NCBI GenBank assembly: GCA_964384415.1
Contig: CAYLMV010000003.1
Coordinates: 6,840-70,839, forward strand
From: an uncultured Chitinophagaceae bacterium
GTDB lineage: Bacteria > Bacteroidota > Ignavibacteria > UBA10030 > UBA8401
Direction: 5' to 3'
Length of the DNA stretch: 64,000 nt
A model generated the notes under the pieces. The model was not told where the DNA came from. It did no database searches and saw only the letters and a program-made list of their open reading frames with translations. Made by a program: the position numbers and the translations under genes. Shown here piece by piece: positions 56,868-64,000 of this stretch (position 1 is the first letter of the stretch; every line of letters starts with the position of its first letter).

Positions 56868-58688
56868 CTACCGCGAAACGGTTACCAGAATTTCATTCTC
56901 AAACTCGGCGAAGACGGAATTCAGCCGGGCGCGCTCCTTCTCGACGCAGGGTGGAATAGAAGCAAGGTTCTCTCCCGGGTACGGTTCTTTCTTCGCGAAG
57001 AGAAGACAAAGATCCATTCCATAATCGAGGTTGGTTTTGAATTCGCGCAGTTTTTTGACTTCCATGTCGGTGTATTTGCATTGCCGGACAAGATTCGCAA
57101 AATAGTCGACGTACATTTCTATTTCTTTGGCGAACATATGCGGCCGTTCCGGCGGAACGAGGGACTCGCCCCTGCCGTAAATATGATCCACCATTTCTTT
57201 CAGCGTATAGAGTTTCTTGAACCAGGCGATATTCGGGCCCGGACAGATTGCCTGGGGGGAATTCGTCGGCGGGACAATTCCGAGCGCGATGAGAGCCCCG
57301 TTGCCAAGGTGCTCGCAAAGGCAGGCCTTGTCTATGACCGTGGTGCGCGCTTCTACTTTTTCCTCATTCGATATAGGTAACGCGTCGATCACTTTGAGTT
57401 TTAATTCCTGATACTCTCTCGACGCAAGACAGATTGGAGCAGTAGTGAACTCGGTATTTGACACGAGAAACCCTTTTGGACACGCAGAACCAGGCTTCCC
57501 CTCCTCCGCTTTCTTACGAATCGAGATCTCGGATCCGGTCCGGCGTATGTTATTGAACGGAACTCCGAGGGGCGAAAATCCGCTCAGGTAGAGATCATCT
57601 TCACCGGCCTGCCGTAAGAGCTCGCGGGTTGCGTCGTCGACGCACGTTGCTTCCGGCACAAGGAGAAACGGGCTTGCCCATCCTGTGCGGTCCATTCCGA
57701 AATCTTCCATCATCCTTCGGGCTTCGCCGTTCGTGCCGATACCGCCTTGAACGGTAATGAGCGGCTTGGCATTCACATCCTTCGGGTACTCCCACCCCAT
57801 CGTCTCGTAGTACTTGTGTATGAGAGGTTGGAACTCCGCGACAAGTTCATCCCGCTTTTCCCGGAACTCCTTCAAGAGGCTCGGAAGGAGGTGGCCGTTC
57901 GATGCAAACGCATGCCCGCCGCAATTCAATCCGGACTCAATCCGGAATTCAAAAACTTCGAGCCCTTTCTTGGCGAGCAGCCTTCCCTGAATAAGTGTGG
58001 ATCGAAAATCAGTCACCTTCAAAATTATTTTTTTTCTCAGCTCGCCGGTTGCGTCCCTGTAAAAATCTTTGAAACGCGTCATGTAGCCGAACAGGCTCTG
58101 GTTGATCCCCGCGGAGAGAATAATGCTGGACTGTAACGTGCTGTTGGCGTACCCGCGGAAAGCAGCTTTAGCATCGCTGAACTCCTCACTTAGCGGCTTA
58201 CCGTGCTGGTCGAGATTGATGCGGTCCAGCTTCACCATGATGTTGACGTCGATCGAACCCGGCACCATGGCATCCGTCAGCGTCGCGGCAATCGCGTCGC
58301 GTTCCGGCCCCGGCTTCATGGCCACGAATTTCTCGTACATCGTTTTGGGCGGAGATCCGTCGGGCAGCAGTTCGAAATATTTCTTCTTGTCGTTGTCGGC
58401 GAAGAACGGAAGGGACTTCACCGCATCCATTTTTCGACGGACGATCTCACCGACCGTGTCGAGATAGGCCGTGATCCTTCGCGCTCTTCCGTCCGGCGAA
58501 TAACGTGGAATTTTTTCGTACGCGATCGCGTACTTCTCGCTGTAGTGTTTGCGGATTCTTTCCAGCAAAAGGTCATCCACGATCGAGATGACGGAGGTAA
58601 TGCCCAACGGAGCGACGCGGATCGGCGTGTCGACCGAGTGTCCGGTGCCCATCACGGGGATATGAAAGGAATGATAATAGCTATTCAC
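56868..58688 (-). CDS. Uncharacterised 606-aa protein, possible FMN-dependent TIM-barrel (NPD/FabK-like ESGxxCGGH and GGIG signatures)
   Basis: The motifs RIESGLNCGGHAF and ITVQGGIGTNGEARRM resemble nitronate monooxygenase/FabK-type FMN barrels. Weak assignment. Confidence 0.3.
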   Translation of the reverse strand: MNSYYHSFHIPVMGTGHSVDTPIRVAPLGITSVISIVDDLLLERIRKHYSEKYAIAYEKIPRYSPDGRARRITAYLDTVGEIVRRKMDAVKSLPFFADNDKKKYFELLPDGSPPKTMYEKFVAMKPGPERDAIAATLTDAMVPGSIDVNIMVKLDRINLDQHGKPLSEEFSDAKAAFRGYANSTLQSSIILSAGINQSLFGYMTRFKDFYRDATGELRKKIILKVTDFRSTLIQGRLLAKKGLEVFEFRIESGLNCGGHAFASNGHLLPSLLKEFREKRDELVAEFQPLIHKYYETMGWEYPKDVNAKPLITVQGGIGTNGEARRMMEDFGMDRTGWASPFLLVPEATCVDDATRELLRQAGEDDLYLSGFSPLGVPFNNIRRTGSEISIRKKAEEGKPGSACPKGFLVSNTEFTTAPICLASREYQELKLKVIDALPISNEEKVEARTTVIDKACLCEHLGNGALIALGIVPPTNSPQAICPGPNIAWFKKLYTLKEMVDHIYGRGESLVPPERPHMFAKEIEMYVDYFANLVRQCKYTDMEVKKLREFKTNLDYGMDLCLLFAKKEPYPGENLASIPPCVEKERARLNSVFAEFENEILVTVSR

Positions 58689-58969
58689 TGGTCTCCAGAG
58701 AGGTGTTGTGTAAACACGGTGTGGACTATTCTGCTTCCAAAAATCTCTTCAAGTTTCCGTCAAAGCAGATATGGAGAAAACCATTCGATGTGCCATCGAA
58801 TGGAGACGCACGGCGATAGCGTGCATTTTCCAGTGGGGCGAATGATCAGCAGATATCCAATGGGTCTGGAAACTGGAAGCCGGCAGAGCTACGAGACATG
58901 AGCCATTGTATCAATGTACTGATTTTTCTTCCCGTTGCCAACTTATTTTCTGTTATTTCGGCGGGGGGA

Positions 58970-59047
58970 ATCCTTCCGAAGGTTATCGGGAAAGACCGTA
59001 CAAGGCTGAAGAGACTTCCGTGCTAATCATGTAACCTTCGGAAGGTT
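58970..59047. repeat. Third inverted pair of the (A)ACCTTC(C/G)GAAGGTT palindrome (58970-58984 and 59033-59047; the second copy extends to the perfect 19-bp palindrome GTAACCTTCGGAAGGTTAC)
   Basis: Read directly, between the trpF stop and the 606-aa gene start. Confidence 0.7.
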
Positions 59048-59710
59048 ACGAGAACGCACTTCCTGGAAGAACCGGGAGAGCTTAGCTTCGTCCAGCTTTC
59101 CGTTCGTCCGGACGCCGCTGCAGACATCCACGGCAAAAGGGGCGACTTCCGAAATTGCTTTGGCGACATTCTCGGGAGTAAGTCCTCCCGCCAGAAAGAC
59201 CGGGATATCGAACGACTCTTTGATTGTTTTACTGATACTCCAATCGTGAACGCGCCCCGTGCCGCCAAGTTCTTTGATTTTGGCCGTCGGGTTTCCCGAA
59301 TCAAGGAGGAATGCATTGACATAAGGGGCGGCATATCGGGCAGCCTCAACCGATTCGGGCCCGGTGACGTGAATGACCTGGACGAGAGCGATCCCCGGCA
59401 AAGCAGTCCGCAAACGCTGAAGCTCCATCGTATCCATCCGGTCGCAGAGCTGGATCGTGTTCGTCCCGCATTTCTTCTGTTGAGCGACGACGGCCTCTGC
59501 CTCCTGCCTGCTCGTCAGCAGAAATGAGGCGACAGGCGGAGGTACCAACGCGGCGATCGCGGCTATTTCTTCTTCCGAGATCGGACCAGGTCCGCTCGGC
59601 ATGGCCGAAACAAGCCCGACGGCCGATGCGCCGCAGCGGACGGCGAGACGCATTTCTTCCGGCGAAGCGATGCAGCAGATCTTTACTCTCGGGAATTGAG
59701 TCGTGTGCAT
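59027..59710 (-). CDS. trpF: Phosphoribosylanthranilate isomerase
   Basis: 227 aa with the TrpF TIM-barrel motifs (VKICCI, FLLD, GGTGRVHDW, FLAGGL). Confidence 0.8.
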   Translation of the reverse strand: MHTTQFPRVKICCIASPEEMRLAVRCGASAVGLVSAMPSGPGPISEEEIAAIAALVPPPVASFLLTSRQEAEAVVAQQKKCGTNTIQLCDRMDTMELQRLRTALPGIALVQVIHVTGPESVEAARYAAPYVNAFLLDSGNPTAKIKELGGTGRVHDWSISKTIKESFDIPVFLAGGLTPENVAKAISEVAPFAVDVCSGVRTNGKLDEAKLSRFFQEVRSRNLPKVT

Positions 59711-59820
59711 GACCTTTTGGATTTCGGGTTAGGAGACAAAATGCCCCGCCAATGCGGAAAGAACACTAAGAAAAATGTTTCATCTTCATCTTGGCGTCCT
59801 TTGCGTCTTCGCGGTGTTCT

Positions 59821-60279
59821 CTAGCTTCCTTCAGTTCCGCCGAAAAGAGACTGCATGTTGAGCGAGGGAGCTTTCGACTTGCTCGCCAGCGAAACATATG
59901 TTCGTGCAAGCTTGTCTTTTCCAGCGCCCAGTACGGTGCTGATCAATCCAAGCGCTTCTCCCAGATCGGACGGGGTAAGATTCTTGAGCACGTGCACCCA
60001 CATTGTCTCTTCCAGCACATTGAAAGCGGTCTGGACCTCGGAGAGATCGAAGCCCGCTTCAAATCGCTCCCTGGCTACCGTTTCGGCGTGCGCGATCATC
60101 GGACCAAGGTTTTTTTCTTTCACTGCCTTCGCCGTCAGGGTGTAGAGGGCTTTCACTCTTTGATGGGTGTGTTCACTCCCCGATTTTTCATAGTGAGCCA
60201 AACGTGCGCGTTCAATTGCAGCCTGGGCTTCGGAAATGATGTCGGCGGATTGTTCATGGAGAAGTTGGTTGAGATTCAT
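59821..60279 (-). CDS. Hypothetical protein, RsbRD N-terminal-like helical domain
   Basis: 152-aa all-helical protein. Its resemblance to the RsbR/RsbRD N-domain is weak. Confidence 0.3.
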   Translation of the reverse strand: MNLNQLLHEQSADIISEAQAAIERARLAHYEKSGSEHTHQRVKALYTLTAKAVKEKNLGPMIAHAETVARERFEAGFDLSEVQTAFNVLEETMWVHVLKNLTPSDLGEALGLISTVLGAGKDKLARTYVSLASKSKAPSLNMQSLFGGTEGS

Positions 60280-60341
60280 AAGAGGGCTTCCTTCAAAGTC
60301 TTGATTGGAGAGATCGACGACCTAATGACTCTATCGGGATG

Positions 60342-61760
60342 CTACAGCTCGGTGTGCACCCGCGCAGCGATAACATGCACCGGACCGCGATCACGATTGT
60401 ACGCAGGATTGAGAACAAACTGATAGTCAACACTCATCGATGCGCCCCGAACGATTTGCGCCGAGTAATATGCCTCCGTAATTGCCTCCGGAGCGTAATG
60501 CAAAGTCCCGTCGCCGATGAGAAATCCGTAGCCGCCTTTCGACAAATATTCTTCGTGGTCTGGGGAAAGGGAGTTCAGGACAATCGCAAGTCCGGCGGCA
60601 TCGTCGGTCCGGTTCCAGGAAGCGCCTTTGAGAGACCCGCCGACGCTCACCGTCCGGTCAATTTCCGTGAACGCCCATGTTTCGGTCTTCCCGTCATTCC
60701 AACCGGCCCGCAGAAATAGGCCCGCTTCGCCGTTCAACTCCTGCTCAACGTTTATTCCAAGGCCGAACTTTGGAGTGCCGTATTTTCGAGACCGGGTAAC
60801 ATCCATGTCGAACGAGGGAGTGTTGATGGTTTCTCGGTAGTCACCGGCATCCGACATATTTCGATAGACGAAGACGCGTGCTGTCCCGGGGCGGCCGTTG
60901 TACGAATACGAATGTTCATACTCCGCCGAAATCTCGTTGTCTTCGGCGACTCGCGTATCCAGCGTCTCTCCGTTTGCCTCGGCGGGGACCATGACCGCCG
61001 CAAAGCGCAGTGCCCAAAGTTCCCGGAAGATTTCTAGAACTCCGCCGAAAGTATAGCCGCGAGTATCCGCAGCATAGTCCCACGCCCCGTTGTCCATGAT
61101 TGACCAATTCAGAAATTGCGTCCGTGCGTCGTGACTGTACTTGTTATTGTCGAAAAAATCGGTAACCGAGAACTTACCAAGAGTCACAACCGTTCGGTTC
61201 AGGTTTCTCTCTCCGCGAAGTTGATTCTCGTCGTCGTCCATCTCCTGTGTTGGTCCCCCTTCACTGAAAGTCTGCTGAACGTACGCCCGGGCTACATAGA
61301 CCTGCGGGCCCGGGGTGGATACGCGATAGATTTCGCCGTTCGGAAAACCGGCGATACCGAGAGTCCTACTGAAACCTGCTCCACCAGAGACTTCCGGATT
61401 GAAGTAGGCCTCAGCTCCATTCCAAAGTCGTGCGCCGAAATACAATGTAGAGGTAAGCGACATCTTGGTTTCCGCAGCGCTGGTCAAACTATTCATGCCG
61501 GAATATTTCGCAGCGAATGCCGGATGATATTGATCTACGATAGTCTCTTGAAAATGAACGTTGAATTGCTGCGACTTGCCTGTACTATCCGATTGTCCTC
61601 CAAGAAGAGATATGGAGGACATCATCAGAGAAAGCACAATTGAACTAAGTAAGCTTGTGCATCGTAAGACGCTATGTATCGAGTGGCTTGAAGAGATCAG
61701 GCGAAGTTTCCTTGAATTGGCAAAAGCATCTTCCTCTCTTTTGTCTATGCTGTTCGTCAT
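60342..61760 (-). CDS. oprB: Carbohydrate-selective porin, OprB family
   Basis: OprB-like beta-barrel ending in an aromatic residue (...VHTEL). The N-terminal start is uncertain, with a possible Met near 61625. Confidence 0.6.
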   Translation of the reverse strand: MTNSIDKREEDAFANSRKLRLISSSHSIHSVLRCTSLLSSIVLSLMMSSISLLGGQSDSTGKSQQFNVHFQETIVDQYHPAFAAKYSGMNSLTSAAETKMSLTSTLYFGARLWNGAEAYFNPEVSGGAGFSRTLGIAGFPNGEIYRVSTPGPQVYVARAYVQQTFSEGGPTQEMDDDENQLRGERNLNRTVVTLGKFSVTDFFDNNKYSHDARTQFLNWSIMDNGAWDYAADTRGYTFGGVLEIFRELWALRFAAVMVPAEANGETLDTRVAEDNEISAEYEHSYSYNGRPGTARVFVYRNMSDAGDYRETINTPSFDMDVTRSRKYGTPKFGLGINVEQELNGEAGLFLRAGWNDGKTETWAFTEIDRTVSVGGSLKGASWNRTDDAAGLAIVLNSLSPDHEEYLSKGGYGFLIGDGTLHYAPEAITEAYYSAQIVRGASMSVDYQFVLNPAYNRDRGPVHVIAARVHTEL

Positions 61761-61934
61761 CCCGACGTGCCAAAGGCATCTTTTCGGGAAAAGTCGGAAG
61801 CTGGTCTTCCAGCAAACACTTGAGGTAGACCCTGAATAAAAACGTTTCAGGGTGACGTATTTGCAGCGACGACGTATATCAGTAGCTCGTCATCCCGAAG
61901 CAAGTCGGGATCTGTTCTTCAAGGTGTGTGAATA

Positions 61935-63617
61935 TCACCCCTCGTCGGTCACGCAACCCTCGGAGGCAGACGAAACGTTCAAAATGTATTTATAGAGCAT
62001 CCCATGCTTCGCCTTGTAGGGAGGCGCCTTCCACTTCTTCAGGCGCTGGGCAATGATCTTCGCCGGTACCTTCAGCGCAATCGTGTTCTTTTCGCCGTCC
62101 AGCGCGATGACGTCGCCATTCTTAACAATCGCCAGCACTCCTCCCACCTGCGCTTCGGGAGTGATATGCCCTACCACAAAGCCGTGGGTGCCGCCTGAAA
62201 ACCGGCCATCAGTGATAAGCGCTACGCTTTTTCCTAAACCAGCCCCCATGATCGTAGAGGTTACCGTCAGCATCTCCCGCATTCCGGGACCTCCCTTCGG
62301 TCCCTCATAGCGAATGACCACAACGTCGCCGGCCACGATTTTCTTTTTCTCAAGCGCGGTCAGCGTTTCTTCCTCAGAGTCGAATACCTTTGCCGGCCCG
62401 GAGAAGCGGAGCCCTTCTTTTCCCGTAATCTTGGCGACAGCCCCGTCTTTCGCGAGGTTACCGTAGAGAATCTGGATGTGCCCCGTTTTTTTGATGGGAT
62501 TCGAGAGCGGGAAGATTATTTTCTGTCCTTCCTTAAGTCCAGGAAGTCCCTCGAGATTTTCTTCGAGAGTCTTTCCGGTTACAGTCAGGCATCGCCCGTC
62601 GAGGAGCTTTTCCTTCAGCAGCATTTTCTGCAACGCCGGGACTCCGCCAACCGTCTGCACATCTTCCATGACGTATTTGCCGCTCGGTTTCAGGTCGGCG
62701 ATTGTTGGAACCCGGTCACTCACTGTCTGGAAATCGTCGATCGTCAGCTTCACTCCGACCGACTTCGCCATTGCGATGAGATGCATGACGGCATTCGTCG
62801 AACCGCCGAGCGCTATGACAACGGTGATGGCGTTCAGAAACGCTTTGCGCGTCATGATGTCTCGCGGCTTGATGTCGCGTTCAAGCAAATTCAGGATCGC
62901 CTTTCCTGCATTCCTGCATTCGGTGATTTTCTCTTCGCTTGCCGCTGGAGTCGATGAGCTGTACGGAAGGCTCATGCCGAGCGTCTCGATCGCAGAGGCC
63001 ATCGTGTTCGCGGTATACATTCCGCCGCATGCGCCTTGTCCGGGGCAGGCATGATGGAGAACTTCGCTCAGTTCTTTTTCATTCACCTTTCCTGCAATGT
63101 ACTGCCCGTAACATTCGAAAGCGGAGACGACGTCCAGAGCACGGTCGCCGAGATGTCCTGCGCGGATCGTTCCCCCATAAATCATGATACTTGGACGATT
63201 GAGACGTCCCATGGCGATGACCGAGCCGGGCATATTCTTGTCGCAGCCAGGGAGAGAGATGTTTGCGTCATACCATTGCGCATGCATGACGGCTTCAATC
63301 GAATCCGCGATGATCTCCCTTGACGGCAGAGAAGATTTCATCCCCGCGGTCCCCATCGCTATACCGTCGCTGACGCCGATCGTATGAAAAATCAATCCGA
63401 CGAGGCCCGCTTCCTGAACTCCCTGTTTCACAATTTTCGCAAGCTCATTGAGGTGCATGTTGCAGGTATTTCCCTCCCAGCCCATGCTGGCAATGCCGAC
63501 CTGCGCCTTTTTCATATCATCGTCCGTCAGGCCGATGCCGTACAACATCGCCTGGGAACCGACCTGAGATTTCTTCTGGGTTAATTGCGAGCTATACTTA
63601 TTCAATTGATTGGCCAC
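61935..63617 (-). CDS. ilvD: Dihydroxy-acid dehydratase
   Basis: 560 aa with the [2Fe-2S] Cys motifs and SDGRFSGG typical of the IlvD/EDD family. Confidence 0.95.
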   Translation of the reverse strand: MANQLNKYSSQLTQKKSQVGSQAMLYGIGLTDDDMKKAQVGIASMGWEGNTCNMHLNELAKIVKQGVQEAGLVGLIFHTIGVSDGIAMGTAGMKSSLPSREIIADSIEAVMHAQWYDANISLPGCDKNMPGSVIAMGRLNRPSIMIYGGTIRAGHLGDRALDVVSAFECYGQYIAGKVNEKELSEVLHHACPGQGACGGMYTANTMASAIETLGMSLPYSSSTPAASEEKITECRNAGKAILNLLERDIKPRDIMTRKAFLNAITVVIALGGSTNAVMHLIAMAKSVGVKLTIDDFQTVSDRVPTIADLKPSGKYVMEDVQTVGGVPALQKMLLKEKLLDGRCLTVTGKTLEENLEGLPGLKEGQKIIFPLSNPIKKTGHIQILYGNLAKDGAVAKITGKEGLRFSGPAKVFDSEEETLTALEKKKIVAGDVVVIRYEGPKGGPGMREMLTVTSTIMGAGLGKSVALITDGRFSGGTHGFVVGHITPEAQVGGVLAIVKNGDVIALDGEKNTIALKVPAKIIAQRLKKWKAPPYKAKHGMLYKYILNVSSASEGCVTDEG

Positions 63618-63728
63618 CGTATACTTCTCCTTTTGGAATTTCGGGATCTGACATTGTGCGGTACGAATACAAAGTATTGAAACTCTCGTTCAGCATCAAG
63701 TGGATTTATCCGCTATAAAAGGCCGTAC

Positions 63729-63758
63729 AAAAAAAGACCGCTGCGTCAAACAGCGGTC
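63729..63758 (-). terminator. Rho-independent terminator downstream of the dienelactone-hydrolase-like gene
   Basis: The minus-strand RNA folds as GACCGCUG-uuugacg-CAGCGGUC followed by UUUUUUUG. Confidence 0.65.
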
Positions 63759-63819
63759 GAGAACAGACTTTTCAATCACCGGAGGGTACAGGAGGTCGTA
63801 AATTGTCCCGCCTCATCCT

Positions 63820-64000
63820 TCAAAAGTATTTTTTCAGGAATGCCAACATCCTGGGCCAGGCCATTTGGGCAGCCTTGAGGTTCGCGCCATTGCGGCCTTC
63901 CTGGTCCCGCAAGAAACCATGTCCGGCTCCGTCGAACATTTCGTACTCAAACGTTTTGCCAAGAGACTTGACTTGTGCAAAAGCCGGAGGAACTGTGGCG
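63820..64000 (-). CDS. Dienelactone hydrolase-family protein (C-terminal fragment; gene continues beyond window end)
   Basis: Hand translation of the minus strand gives ...TVPPAFAQVKSLGKTFEYEMFDGAGHGFLRDQEGRNGANLKAAQMAWPRMLAFLKKYF*, a DLH-like C-terminus with catalytic His. Confidence 0.5.
   Translation of the reverse strand, partial: ATVPPAFAQVKSLGKTFEYEMFDGAGHGFLRDQEGRNGANLKAAQMAWPRMLAFLKKYF

Noticed and set aside
61761-61934. Hairpins (ACCCTGAA-N9-TTCAGGGT; ATCCCGA-N6-TCGGGAT) downstream of ilvD as intrinsic terminators
   Set aside because: Neither is followed by a U-run on the transcribed strand, so they are not called as features. They may still be RNA-stabilising stem-loops.

Overview
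This 64-kb window is almost entirely coding (~60 genes, 58 of them on the minus strand). It appears to come from a T9SS-bearing FCB-group bacterium (Ignavibacteria/Bacteroidota-like) with about 55% GC. Housekeeping genes are present: folD, ispG, pgk, gap, PFOR nifJ, ald, moeA, moaC-moaB, trpF, ilvD and an M16 peptidase pair. No rRNA, tRNA, CRISPR array, transposase or integrase could be supported. Two accessory loci stand out. The first (18.6-32.9 kb) is a tightly packed block of c-type cytochrome genes. It holds ccmF, a triplicated-repeat lipoprotein cytochrome, a 14-haem cytochrome, an outer-membrane beta-barrel, a tetrahaem cytochrome, a Rieske/cyt b operon carrying an 11-haem cytochrome and a 7-haem NapC/ImcH-like membrane cytochrome, and a CbcL-like 13-haem-c/cytochrome-b fusion. 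A divergent DUF362/NapH-like polyferredoxin pair sits next to it. I read this as a candidate porin-cytochrome extracellular electron transfer conduit. The second (38.1-41.5 kb) is a candidate RiPP/bacteriocin-like locus. It encodes a TlpA-like thioredoxin, a standalone C39 peptidase, an 86-aa peptide with a double-glycine leader (LTQNEMRLITGG) and a 4-Cys hydrophobic core followed by a strong hairpin, a secreted protein and MauE/DoxX-type membrane proteins. Non-coding observations include a near-palindromic 15-bp motif (AACCTTCCGAAGGTT) present as inverted pairs in three separate intergenic regions, a TTCC-N8/9-GGAA palindrome shared by two cytochrome promoter regions, a heptamer/14-mer tandem repeat overlapping the CbcL-like stop codon, and several rho-independent terminators. 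All calls rest on reading the translated ORFs and the DNA by eye; no database search was run.
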